Positions 28,281 through 39,266 of a stretch of 64,000 nucleotides of DNA are shown one piece after another. Position 1 is the first letter of the stretch. Each line of letters opens with the position of its first letter. The notes beneath the pieces are model-generated. The model was not told where the DNA came from, made no database searches, and was given only the letters and a program-made list of their open reading frames with translations. The stretch covers positions 337,217 to 401,216 of the forward strand of contig JBAZBD010000001.1 in NCBI GenBank assembly GCA_041671645.1, in the 5' to 3' direction. The position numbers and the translations under genes are program-made. The stretch comes from Patescibacteria group bacterium. Its GTDB lineage: Bacteria; Patescibacteriota; UBA1384; XYA2-FULL-43-10; 1-14-0-10-43-13.

Positions 28281-29240
28281 ATGAAAATAAAAGAAATTTT
28301 TGAGCTTGCGATTCAGATCGGCATTGACAATGATCCACGAGGTCGCAAGAAAATCGAAAAGATACTTGCGAAGCGCAAGGAAGAATTTGACGAATTGCCA
28401 GAGAAAAAGAAAAAAGAGTACGATCTTGATCGGCTGACCAATCCATATTCCGATACCAACATCCAGTTTGTGCCTGATATGAACAAGGAAGTCAAAACCG
28501 TTTTGGTTGGGATTGATGCTGATCCATCCGAGATTCTTCTGGCAAATGAATTAAACAAACAGGGCAGGAAGATTGACCTTATCATCGGTCATCATCCGAT
28601 CGGAAAATCATTGGCCAATCTTGGCGACGTCATGGATATGCAAATTGATGTGATGGAGCAAGAGGGCGTGCCAGGCAATATTGCGGAGAAGATCATGGAA
28701 GAGCGAATTTCCCAAATTGGTCGAAGTGTCGCACCAGTGAACCATTATCAATCTGCGGACACCGCAAAATTGCTCAATATTCCGCTGGTAAATATTCATA
28801 CCCCAGCTGATAATTCCGTTTTCAAATACGTGAAAGAGATCATGGATAAGAAAAAGCCGGAAACCGTCGGTGAAATTGTCGATTTGCTCAAGGAGATTCC
28901 AGAATATGCGGAGGGAATGAGGCTGGCAATGGGGCCGGTCGTGTTTTCAGGCAGTGAAAAATCTCGTGCTGGCAAAATCCTTCTCGGAATGACCGGCGGG
29001 ACCGGAGGTAGCGAAAAGATTTATGAAAAACTTGGTCAATACGGCATCGGCACTGTGATCGATATGCACATCGGCGAAAAGCACAGGGAAGAAGCAGCCA
29101 AACATTATATCAACGTCGTGATCGCTGGTCATATGGCGAGTGATTCACTTGGCCTAAACATAATTATGGATGAACTCGAGAAGCGTGGGGTAGAGATTAT
29201 TCCATGTTCTGGATTCATCAGACATAGCAGAATTAAGTAG
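28281..29240 (+). CDS. NIF3/NGG1p-interacting family dinuclear metal protein
   Basis: NPYSD, HHP, HTPADN, DMH, AGHMASDSLG. Confidence 0.88.
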   Translation: MKIKEIFELAIQIGIDNDPRGRKKIEKILAKRKEEFDELPEKKKKEYDLDRLTNPYSDTNIQFVPDMNKEVKTVLVGIDADPSEILLANELNKQGRKIDLIIGHHPIGKSLANLGDVMDMQIDVMEQEGVPGNIAEKIMEERISQIGRSVAPVNHYQSADTAKLLNIPLVNIHTPADNSVFKYVKEIMDKKKPETVGEIVDLLKEIPEYAEGMRLAMGPVVFSGSEKSRAGKILLGMTGGTGGSEKIYEKLGQYGIGTVIDMHIGEKHREEAAKHYINVVIAGHMASDSLGLNIIMDELEKRGVEIIPCSGFIRHSRIK

Positions 29241-29310
29241 TATATTTTTGTTCTCTAGGGCCGACCCAGATAGCGCAATTTTATATCCAAAAAATCCCTT
29301 TCCCAAAATG

Positions 29311-29339
29311 TTGACAAAAGATCATTTTTGAGTTAACAT
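29311..29339 (+). promoter_or_regulatory. 16S rRNA promoter
   Basis: TTGACA-N17-TAACAT; boxA-like TGTTCTTTAACAA at 29427-29439. Confidence 0.65.
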
Positions 29340-29560
29340 CGATCTAGTCGCAAAAAGATATGGACTGTGGAAAACAAGGGGAATCGTTTTTTTTGCTTAA
29401 AAAAGCAGGAATTATTTATTTGCAGATGTTCTTTAACAACTAAATAGTGATGAGAACGCTTGAAGATCGTTTAATTCGCAAGAGTTAAACGAAATCAATT
29501 TTTTTGAGATTTTAAATTTTCTCGGCGCAAGTCGAGAAGCAAATAGAGTCACTCAAATTC

Positions 29561-31010
<1,450 letters not shown>

Positions 31011-31127
31011 CTAAGGAGCATCTCCCTCGATTTATCGAGGTGAGAGATGGTCGATCGCCTATCACTCGTTCTAAACGAGAGTGAGGCGAAACCTGCGTTC
31101 ATCATCACTATTTAGTTGCAAAAGAAC

Positions 31128-31160
31128 TCTAAAAAAGAGCCCCTGGGCTCTTTTTTGTGT
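31128..31160 (+). terminator. 16S transcript terminator
   Basis: aaaaaagagcc...ggctctttttt hairpin right after the 16S processing stem. Confidence 0.8.
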
Positions 31161-31341
31161 CTATCTTAATTGACAAAAAAACAAAAAAAGTTTATAATAT
31201 TGCAGTCGAAATTAAGATTGGCAGAGATCAGTTATTCTTCGAAAAAATTAGGGGTTCAGGATAGAGCGAGACAGGAATTTCTCGATTTGTATTCTGAAGA
31301 ATAGCGTATTCTGCTCATTTCAATTTGAGGAGGGGCAAAAA

Positions 31342-31794
31342 GTGAGAGTAATTCGTTTAATAGGTGTTTTCGCTTTGTACATGGCGATCACAAACTGCGT
31401 ATTCAATTTGCTGACTGGAAACTATCTTGTCACAATTGAAGCCCTGGCAATGGGGCAGACTGAACGTTATCAGCATGATTTTGTGCTGATACAGGTGATG
31501 GGAATAATCCTATTTTGTCTACTGATCTGGACTGGTGTGCACTGGTCAAGGAAAGTGTTCAACGCCGATCCAATGAAATTATCGTCGCTCATCGCATCGG
31601 GAGTTGCGGGGATAATTGCCTTTCTGGTGTTAACAGTAGCGGCCCATCATGGGTTGTCCTATTACATGCCATTCACGTTAAGCAGCGTCTGGGATCTAAC
31701 GATCATAGCGATGCTCATAGCGACTTTTTCCTACGCTTGGATTTTCTATGGCCTCTACGGCCTGGGGATCATCTGTCGGCAGGTGGAAGTATGA
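31342..31794 (+). CDS. Hypothetical 4-TM membrane protein
   Basis: GAGGAGG RBS, GTG start, hydrophobic segments; TTGACA/TATAAT promoter at about 31170-31198. Confidence 0.65.
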   Translation: MRVIRLIGVFALYMAITNCVFNLLTGNYLVTIEALAMGQTERYQHDFVLIQVMGIILFCLLIWTGVHWSRKVFNADPMKLSSLIASGVAGIIAFLVLTVAAHHGLSYYMPFTLSSVWDLTIIAMLIATFSYAWIFYGLYGLGIICRQVEV

Positions 31795-32123
31795 AGATAT
31801 CCGTGAAAACAGAAGAGAACACTGCGAATCCATTGCTTTATCGAGCGATCCGTATGCTCGAAAGTGGTGAGATAAATGTTCTTTCAGTTGTCTGGGAGAA
31901 AGAAGAAGGTTTCGATTTTCGGATCGAAGCCGAATACTTTCGTCCTGGAAACGCCAACTTCATTGTCTACGATGACGACGGCGAAATAATCGCCTCTGGT
32001 TGCAACTCGCAGGACCAGGGCGAAGAAGAGTTAGTTCCCTTCACTCGGGAGGGATTCCGCGAGTTTGCTCAGATGGCGAACGAAATGGGCTTTGTCGCCC
32101 AGAGCGGAAATTGGCCCAAATAG
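31791..32123 (+). CDS. Hypothetical acidic protein
   Basis: ATGA overlap with the previous stop (MKISVKTEE...). Confidence 0.6.
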   Translation: MKISVKTEENTANPLLYRAIRMLESGEINVLSVVWEKEEGFDFRIEAEYFRPGNANFIVYDDDGEIIASGCNSQDQGEEELVPFTREGFREFAQMANEMGFVAQSGNWPK

Positions 32124-32305
32124 GGCATAATTCCACCTCAGTCCACTGCGGATTGGGGGAGGAATCAGAGCGATTGAGATCTCAACGTTTCGATCTCTGT
32201 GAATTTCTAAAAAAGAGCCCCGAAGGGGCTCTTTTTTATGTTTGGAATCTAATTTACCCACATACCACTCTTCCCAGTTCAGCTTCGTTTCAGTATAATT
32301 ACCAC

Positions 32306-33280
32306 ATGAAGAATAAATACTCTTTCGGAAAATTCCTTTTCTTGTTGTTATTGGTGGTAGCGGGCTATGTCTTGTACAAGCAGTTTGATCAGTCGAAGCA
32401 GATTGCCGATGCTCTGATGGCAGGTGATTGGCGTTGGGTACTGCTAGCCGTGATCGTACAAGTTTTCTATTATCCGCTTTATGCCAAGTATCTCAAGATC
32501 TATTTCAACTTTTTCGGACTCAATTATACTTTCAGGAATTTGCTTCAGCTTTATTGTGCTTCCAAATTTACTGATGTTGCATTGCCTATCGCCACTGTCG
32601 GCAAAGTGGCACTCTTTAGCGCAGAGGCAAAAAAGGAGGACAAGCCAGTTGTCTCAGCGACTTTCGCCGCTCTGACTGTTGCGATCGGTGACCTAGCAAT
32701 TTTCTGGGTGATCGCATTACTCCCATTCCTTTTCTTCGGCGACAATCATGTTACTGCCGGATACTATAAAACTGCTTTTCTAGTTTTCACCTTGATAGTC
32801 TTTGTCCTGGGCACCTTGGCGCTTCTATATATGAAGAATCGCAAAGTCGGCAAGAAGGTTTTTGGCTGGCTGTCTGGGAGCCTGAGCAAATTTGGCATTG
32901 ATCTTCCAGGCGAAGAATCACCCAAGGTAAGCGGGCGAATTAGGGATTATTTGCCCAAAGCTTTTTATCTTGGGCTGGCATTGCAGGTTATTAATATTGC
33001 GACTTTGGCCCTGATATTGCTTGCGTTTGGCCAGGGTTCCCATCTGGGCCAAACATTAATTTTTTATGCTGTCGGCACTTTGTTTACGGTTGTTTCGATT
33101 ACTCCGCAGGGAGCTGGTGTGGCTGAGGGTGCGATGACATTGGCTATGACTAGCCTCGGCATCCCGGTCGGAAATGCTCTTCTGATCACGCTGGCTTATC
33201 GCGGTATTCTATATTGGATACCATTTCTTCTTGGTTTTTGGCCGTTCCACAAGCTCGATTTGTTCAATCAGAGCAAATAG
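32306..33280 (+). CDS. Lysylphosphatidylglycerol synthase TM / UPF0104 flippase-like protein
   Basis: ITPQGAGVAEGAM...LAYRGILYWIP motif; leaderless-type start. Confidence 0.85.
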   Translation: MKNKYSFGKFLFLLLLVVAGYVLYKQFDQSKQIADALMAGDWRWVLLAVIVQVFYYPLYAKYLKIYFNFFGLNYTFRNLLQLYCASKFTDVALPIATVGKVALFSAEAKKEDKPVVSATFAALTVAIGDLAIFWVIALLPFLFFGDNHVTAGYYKTAFLVFTLIVFVLGTLALLYMKNRKVGKKVFGWLSGSLSKFGIDLPGEESPKVSGRIRDYLPKAFYLGLALQVINIATLALILLAFGQGSHLGQTLIFYAVGTLFTVVSITPQGAGVAEGAMTLAMTSLGIPVGNALLITLAYRGILYWIPFLLGFWPFHKLDLFNQSK

Positions 33281-33387
33281 TTTGATCTCAAAAATTGACC
33301 TGTGCCCGGGTCTTTTTTGTTGACAACAAATCAATAAAGTTGTATCGTGTTCGGCATGACCCCAACGAGGGGAGTGGAGGGTAAAGC

Positions 33388-34149
33388 ATGTTGAATACAA
33401 GCAACATTATGCCGCTTATCTTGGCGGCAGGCACAAACTCAGATTTTCTGACTCACAGCGGCCAACCATATCCAGCGATGGCGATGTACCGCAACAAGCA
33501 TCTTTACGAATGGGTCCTCGCGGCTATCCGTGGGGCGGGGCTTCGAGGGGGTCTGATGATCACTGGACAGGACGGGGTTGATCCAAACTTCATCCGAACT
33601 CTTCGAGGCGGCGAGACGATGGCAGAAAGCCTGAAGATCGGCCTCAAAGAGGCTGGCAACGCAGAGTATGTTTTGATTGCTACTGCTGATTTGCCGGACA
33701 TCGCTCCACACGCCGTTCGATTCTTTCTTGAGGATGCGATATCGTCAAAGGCTGACATTGTCTACCCGGTTGTGCCAGCCGCACTTTGCGAAAAAGCATA
33801 TCCAGGTATGAAGCGGACACTTGTCAGGTTCCGCGAAGGTGTTTTTACCGGAGGGAATTTATTCCTGGTTCGTCGCCAGGCGATGCTCGACAATTGGGAA
33901 ACCATCACTGGTTTCCTGGAGCTACGCAAGAGCAAGTGGAAACTTGCTCGTAAGCTGGGGCTGGGAGTTATGGCCAAAATGCTTTGTGGTCTGCTGAGCT
34001 TGGCTGAAGTCAAGACAATCGCGGATCGACTTCTCGGCGCCAAGACGAAAGTCACTATATGTGATTTCCATGGTGCTGCCACTATCGGCGCTGACGCCGA
34101 TACCTGGGAACAGTATATGCGGTTCATAAACCGCAAACTTGAAACTTGA
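33388..34149 (+). CDS. MobA-like NTP transferase family protein
   Basis: LILAAG, ATADLP, REGVFTGGNLF, DAD at C-terminus. Confidence 0.75.
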   Translation: MLNTSNIMPLILAAGTNSDFLTHSGQPYPAMAMYRNKHLYEWVLAAIRGAGLRGGLMITGQDGVDPNFIRTLRGGETMAESLKIGLKEAGNAEYVLIATADLPDIAPHAVRFFLEDAISSKADIVYPVVPAALCEKAYPGMKRTLVRFREGVFTGGNLFLVRRQAMLDNWETITGFLELRKSKWKLARKLGLGVMAKMLCGLLSLAEVKTIADRLLGAKTKVTICDFHGAATIGADADTWEQYMRFINRKLET

Positions 34150-34320
34150 TTTCTGACCGCCCTGTTTATCCGGGGCGGTATTTTATTGGGAAGGTTGAAA
34201 AAAGACGCATAATTTGGTATTATCTTAACGTTAACGAGGGCGTATAGACCCAAAGGGTGGCCTTCGGCCCTCATCTGTGACACTATGAGAGCACTTGTAC
34301 AATTCAGGAGTAATTTTGGA

Positions 34321-34397
34321 GGGCGTATAGCTCAGCTGGTTAGAGCGCGTCACTGATAATGACGAGGTCCATGGTTCGAGTCCATGTACGCCCACCA
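34321..34397 (+). tRNA. tRNA-Ile (GAT)
   Basis: Full cloverleaf, anticodon arm CGTCA-CTGATAA-TGACG, encoded CCA. Confidence 0.98.
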
Positions 34398-34414
34398 AAA
34401 TTGCTTCTGTCGAT

Positions 34415-34463
34415 GTCACTGATAATGACGAGGTCCATGGTTCGAGTCCATGTACGCCCACCA
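34415..34463 (+). repeat. Perfect 49-bp duplication of tRNA-Ile 3' part (att-like)
   Basis: Identical to 34349-34397, separated by 17 bp. Confidence 0.9.
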
Positions 34464-34536
34464 GAAAAAGAACACTATTTAGTAGCGTTCTTTTTTGTTT
34501 CTAGAGCGATTTTGATTCACATGTTATAATCTCATT

Positions 34537-35025
34537 ATGACAGATATTTTCATCTACATATCCATTCTGCTTATATTGCTTGCTAGCCTGGTCGGCGTCG
34601 TAATTCCTCTCTTGCCTGGAATTCCGCTAATGTTTGCGACTGTGTTTATCTACTCATTTTTGGACAAATTTGCTCATCTCACGACCTCGAATGTCGCAGT
34701 TTTTCTGATTTTGATGATAGCTTCTCTTTTTGTCGACTATTCTTCGGGACTGATCGGGGCCAAGATTGCGGGCGCCTCGAAAAAGGCAATCCTCGGTGGC
34801 ACGATTGGAACATTAATTGGCTTATTTTTCTTCCCGCCTCTTGGTGCTGTTCTGGGCTTATTTATCGGAGTATTAGTGGCGGAGGTCCTGCAAGGCGGCA
34901 AGAATCTTCGGAGGGCGGTCAAGGCGGCGACAGGGACTCTGCTTGGCAGCCTGGCCGGCGTCGTCACCAACCTCATGATTGGAATACTTTTTATCATCTT
35001 ATTTTCAATTTACTTTTTCCGATAG
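34537..35025 (+). CDS. DUF456 (YqgC-like) membrane protein
   Basis: IPLLPGIPL, GAKIAGASK, G...G.FIG...AE pattern. Confidence 0.85.
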   Translation: MTDIFIYISILLILLASLVGVVIPLLPGIPLMFATVFIYSFLDKFAHLTTSNVAVFLILMIASLFVDYSSGLIGAKIAGASKKAILGGTIGTLIGLFFFPPLGAVLGLFIGVLVAEVLQGGKNLRRAVKAATGTLLGSLAGVVTNLMIGILFIILFSIYFFR

Positions 35026-35095
35026 AACGGCCGATACGATTGTATATCCGAAAACTTTTCTATTATAATGATGGCATAATCATTTCTAATTTTCC

Positions 35096-36403
35096 TTGGA
35101 GGATACTTTGGCAACATTACGACATTTGGTGCTTCATATCAGACAGTATCGGTCCAAGCACAAGTTGCTTTATTTACTCTGCGGCATGATTGTTTTCTGG
35201 GCAGTTTTTGATGGAATAATTTCGTATATTACCCCGCTCCTTATCGTGGAGAGGGGAATTTCCAAGACGAATATGGGTCTAATCATCGGTTTGTCATCAC
35301 TGGCCGGCGCAATTTTCGACTTTATCATGTGCTGGATTTTCAAAAATGCGACACATCGTCGGATCTTGATAATCATGTTCGTGACATGTCTGCTCTACCC
35401 ATTGATTCTCTGGAAAGCCCACACCATGGGACTGTTTCTCTTGGCGATGGCGATTTGGGGATTTTATTATGACCTCCACAACATTTCAAATTTTGAATTT
35501 GTCGGCAATCACATGCCCAAGGCCGAGCACTCTTCTAGCTTTGGGTTAATCCACGTGGCCGGAGCTCTCGGCTATATGGTCGCGCCGATTTTGGCTGGGT
35601 TAATCGTCGGCTACGCAGTAGACTGGAAGCCGTTTGTGATGGCCTGGCTCTTTCTCTTAATCTCACTTTGTTTTTTTGCCGCATTCTCGGCTAGTCAGAA
35701 GAAGAAAGAGGAGGAAGTCGAGAGCCTTGATATCGGCGAGCGGATCAAGCCGATCAACCTGCTTCTCGAATTTAGTCTCTGGCATCGGATCGGCAAAGTA
35801 ATCGCTCCGATTCTAGTCTTGACCTGTCTGATCAATACAATCGATTCTTTTTTCTGGACTGTCGGGCCGCTTCTGGCCGAGAGTTTTGCCGAATATCATG
35901 AATTTGCCGGATTTTTCATGGTAGCTTTCACGCTTCCGCCGCTCCTAGTCGGCTGGGGGGTTGGATCTGTGACTGCCAAATACGGGAAGAAGAAGACTGC
36001 CTTTGCCGGGTTTATCCTCGGCTCTCTTATCCTCTCGTCGATGTTTCTGTTCAGTGAGCCAATCGCCTTGGCTGCCGTTGTCTTCCTGGCCTCTTCTTGC
36101 ATCGCTTTCTCTTGGCCAGCGATCAACGGCGTTTACGCCGATTTTATCGGCGAGACAGATTCACTTTCGCGCGAGGTTGAGAGCATGGGGGACTTTTTCG
36201 GCAACATCGGCTACATTATCGGACCGATATTGGCTGGTTTTCTAGCCGATCGGCTTGGCAATCAGGCTGCTTTTTCTGCTCTCGGAATCATATCAGCGAT
36301 AGTTGCGTTTATCCTGTTCCGGATGACTCCGAAACGAATCAAAATTGATACCGCGACCGATACTCCTAGCCACTTTGCAGCGGTCAACGAAATCGAATCC
36401 TAA
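35096..36403 (+). CDS. MFS transporter
   Basis: About 12 TM segments, GYIIGPILAGFLADRLG. Confidence 0.88.
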   Translation: MEDTLATLRHLVLHIRQYRSKHKLLYLLCGMIVFWAVFDGIISYITPLLIVERGISKTNMGLIIGLSSLAGAIFDFIMCWIFKNATHRRILIIMFVTCLLYPLILWKAHTMGLFLLAMAIWGFYYDLHNISNFEFVGNHMPKAEHSSSFGLIHVAGALGYMVAPILAGLIVGYAVDWKPFVMAWLFLLISLCFFAAFSASQKKKEEEVESLDIGERIKPINLLLEFSLWHRIGKVIAPILVLTCLINTIDSFFWTVGPLLAESFAEYHEFAGFFMVAFTLPPLLVGWGVGSVTAKYGKKKTAFAGFILGSLILSSMFLFSEPIALAAVVFLASSCIAFSWPAINGVYADFIGETDSLSREVESMGDFFGNIGYIIGPILAGFLADRLGNQAAFSALGIISAIVAFILFRMTPKRIKIDTATDTPSHFAAVNEIES

Positions 36404-36501
36404 ACTTTTGTTCTAGACATTTTGCGGATAGAGATCTTCCGTCTATTTTAGCTTTGTGCTAATATCTTTTCTATATTCGGACATCAGGGGAGGTAATTGT
36501 T

Positions 36502-36900
36502 GTGACCGAAGAACTAATTATTGAGCGAGATTCTCGAGACGAAGGCGTTGATTCAGCACCCAAGCCGACGCATCGGCGAATGTCGCCATATTATCACTGG
36601 ACGGAACCATTAGGGGTTCTGCTCTACGAGACTCTCAATATCGTTGATCCGAAATCGGACCCGAGCATTGCAGTGCGCGTTGGCCTGCTCGAAGAAACTT
36701 ACCCGATCCTTACGGACCGGATTTGGAAATTGATCGAATCGGCCAAGGATCCGATTTGTTTCAGTCGGAGTGCTGATGTTCGTCTGGTTTTCTTCGCTCA
36801 GACCGAAGAAGGACAGCAGGCCACATCCAAGATGTACCACGTTTACTTGCCGCTTGATGCGGTAGAACTTCACAATCTCCTCCAGAGAGAGCGTGTCTAA
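36502..36900 (+). CDS. Hypothetical (orphan) protein
   Basis: GGGAGG RBS, GTG start, terminator hairpin after stop. Confidence 0.6.
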   Translation: MTEELIIERDSRDEGVDSAPKPTHRRMSPYYHWTEPLGVLLYETLNIVDPKSDPSIAVRVGLLEETYPILTDRIWKLIESAKDPICFSRSADVRLVFFAQTEEGQQATSKMYHVYLPLDAVELHNLLQRERV

Positions 36901-36951
36901 CTTTTCAGCCAGCCCCTTCCCAGGGCTGGCAATTTTATTTATAATAAGTCT

Positions 36952-37143
36952 ATGAATTTCTTATACTTTCTGATGTGCGCCGCGGTTGGTTTTGCCTTGC
37001 TCCGCTATTTCAAGTGGTTTACCGATAGTACTGGCCGTATCGGTTGGATCGAAGAACACGCCGGCGCTGGCATGACCTATACTTTCTGGCAGGTGATGGG
37101 AGTAGCCTCGATCGCTTTCGGATTTTATCTCTTATTCCAATAG
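36952..37143 (+). CDS. Small 2-TM membrane protein
   Basis: 63 aa, two hydrophobic helices around GRIGWIEEHAGAG; TATAAT 6 nt before ATG. Confidence 0.7.
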   Translation: MNFLYFLMCAAVGFALLRYFKWFTDSTGRIGWIEEHAGAGMTYTFWQVMGVASIAFGFYLLFQ

Positions 37144-37234
37144 GTTCGCTTTATCTGCGAGATAATGAAACACCTCACATATGTGAGGTGTTTCATTGGA
37201 TGTGACAAAATTGTGATTGCGGACGACAATGGAA

Positions 37235-37762
37235 CTATTGATTTGCAGATTTTGCTTCTGCAACCTTCCCTCGGAATTCAGCTACAAATTGTTTGTACTC
37301 TTCTGTCCATGTTGGTAGTAGGCCGGGGTTAGCTTCGAAAGTAGCAGCAGCCATCGCTTTTTCAACGTAAATCAATAATTCCTCTTCGAGAAAGTCATGA
37401 TTGCCGCCGATATACTTATTGTCTAGAAACACTCCCGAATCGAAAGTGCGAGAACCTAGAGGAGTGAAGGCAACGGTCACATTGTGACCGTTTATATTTT
37501 GTTCAGCTACAAACTTGCCAGCACCATAATATCCCGCTGGCTCAAATTCAGCCTGACTGGCATCGACATCTCGGCCCAGATTTAGTTGTTGCCTGCTAAG
37601 CCCTTCGACTTGTTGCTCTGCTGGCCTCTTGGATACGGAAAATCCTAGTCCCTCTAGCAGGGAGACTGCTTGTTTCTCTCTTTTCTCCAATAGTTCTGCT
37701 TCGCTAGGTTTATCAATCGCGAGGCTAGCATCGTCAGGCATACCTGTATCTTTGAACATCAT
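37235..37762 (-). CDS. Hypothetical protein
   Basis: 175-aa ORF with AAGGA RBS and TATAAT upstream. Confidence 0.6.
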   Translation of the reverse strand: MMFKDTGMPDDASLAIDKPSEAELLEKREKQAVSLLEGLGFSVSKRPAEQQVEGLSRQQLNLGRDVDASQAEFEPAGYYGAGKFVAEQNINGHNVTVAFTPLGSRTFDSGVFLDNKYIGGNHDFLEEELLIYVEKAMAAATFEANPGLLPTWTEEYKQFVAEFRGKVAEAKSANQ

Positions 37763-37943
37763 TTTCCTTTGTTAATAATTGTCTGATTATAGAATACTAT
37801 TTTGGAATAAAAAGGCAATCGTCATCCTGAGAATCAAAAAAACACCATGGCAAGCATGATGCATTTTTGGTGGAACGCAGTATTGCAAGTCAGAACTATA
37901 ATACTAAATAGCAAGGAACAAATTTATATTCCGAAAATGAGAA

Positions 37944-38450
37944 TTAAAACAATTTGTCTCTAGTCCCGATATCACTTAGCTCGGGGTCAATTTCCCTGAC
38001 ATGAAAGTCTGATTCAATAAAAGATTTTGTTTCTCCATCAAAAACCGCTCGTCCATCGAAGTCTTTTCCTTCAAAAAATAGTGGCATCCAATTTCTATCA
38101 GCAGGCCACATATTATCATAAGGAATTTCTTCTTTTAAAAACCATTTGGGTGCCATTTCTTCTGTTTCCTTTGGTTGACCTTCATATTCGGTTACTTCAA
38201 AAATATGCATTTCAACCTCTTCATCAGTTCCATCGAAAAAAAATTCTATTACGGCTCTTTCTTTGAAAACTTTTGCAATAATTCCTGATTCTTCTTGAAG
38301 CTCACGAACCATGGCCTCTTCGATGGCTTCTCCTTCTTGAACTTTTCCGCCATAACCATTCCACCAACCCTCACCAGAACCACGCTTCTTCATTGCAAGA
38401 AGAGTTTTATTTCCATCCTCAATAATTGAAAGGGTAGTGATTTGTCTCAT
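37944..38450 (-). CDS. NUDIX hydrolase (8-oxo-dGTPase/MTH1-like)
   Basis: KKRG.G.G.WNGYGGKV..GE......RELQEESG Nudix box, ETEEM.P.WF, MWPAD. Confidence 0.9.
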   Translation of the reverse strand: MRQITTLSIIEDGNKTLLAMKKRGSGEGWWNGYGGKVQEGEAIEEAMVRELQEESGIIAKVFKERAVIEFFFDGTDEEVEMHIFEVTEYEGQPKETEEMAPKWFLKEEIPYDNMWPADRNWMPLFFEGKDFDGRAVFDGETKSFIESDFHVREIDPELSDIGTRDKLF

Positions 38451-38568
38451 TTTTTCAATTATATCACAGTTCTAACTCTTGTTTATTATAATAAAAAGAC
38501 TAATCTATCTGGCCCTTCGACAAGCTCAGGGTCATAAAAAATACATCAATAAATTGATGTATTTTTTA

Positions 38569-38644
38569 TGGTGGACCCTACAGGATTCGAACCTGCGACA
38601 TCCTCGTTGCAAACGAGGCGCTCTACCAACTGAGCTAAGGGCCC
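38569..38644 (-). tRNA. tRNA-Ala (TGC)
   Basis: Cloverleaf on minus strand, anticodon TGC, G3.U70 pair, encoded CCA. Confidence 0.98.
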
Positions 38645-38703
38645 TGAAACGAGAGTATTATAACAAAAAAATCAGTCCTGATCAATAAGCGATAGCTTTT
38701 CGA

Positions 38704-39147
38704 ATGAGCGTGTGGTATAAAGAAAAAAAATCCAAAAAAAGTGAGGGTACTATCGTGAGGATTGGAAAACATCTGCAGAAGAAAAAATTTCCTGGCGAAA
38801 TTATTCGTCAGAGCACTGCCAAGGTTCGTCCGAATGTGCGCGAGTACACGGAGAAAGTCCAGGAGCAACAAGCGGAGAGAAGAGCCGCAGAGAAAGTAGT
38901 TGAGGCCAACCGGCCTCCATTGCCACCTCCACGTCCATCGCCAGTCAGCGTATCGCCGAACATTCAGTCTCGGATTTTAGATTTCCTGGAACGGCGACCA
39001 GCAGTTGAGTGGTATGACTACGAGTTATACGGGGCGTTCGGGGTTGGTTTGGGCGAAATACAAGCCGCGATCAGGGCACTTGGGACAAATGCGAATGTAC
39101 ATATTAGCCAAGATGGCGATACATGGGGCATCCAGCGTTGTCGCTGA
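38704..39147 (+). CDS. Hypothetical protein (basic N-terminus, Pro-rich linker, possible winged-helix C-terminus)
   Basis: 147-aa ORF with terminator downstream; start uncertain. Confidence 0.5.
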   Translation: MSVWYKEKKSKKSEGTIVRIGKHLQKKKFPGEIIRQSTAKVRPNVREYTEKVQEQQAERRAAEKVVEANRPPLPPPRPSPVSVSPNIQSRILDFLERRPAVEWYDYELYGAFGVGLGEIQAAIRALGTNANVHISQDGDTWGIQRCR

Positions 39148-39266
39148 GCAATTTAGGATATCCAGGGCGTGCAGTTTCTCTGCACGCCTTATTTATTTCG
39201 ATTGAATACTTCGAAAAAATGATATATTATAACTATCGTTTAAAATATTAATTTTTATAGAGAAGA

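Noticed and set aside
32000-32305. N-terminal extensions in the ORF track (also 28222-28446, 46545-46682, 48251-48550, 15148-15261)
   Set aside because: They run through terminators, promoters or neighbouring genes; family motifs and expression signals point to downstream starts
34231-34461. ORF with internal repeat MGVHGLEPWTSSLSVT x2
   Set aside because: Antisense translation of tRNA-Ile and its duplicated 3' half
34349-34463. Possible mini-CRISPR (repeat-spacer-repeat)
   Set aside because: The repeat is tRNA sequence, there are only two copies, the spacer is 17 bp and no cas genes are present
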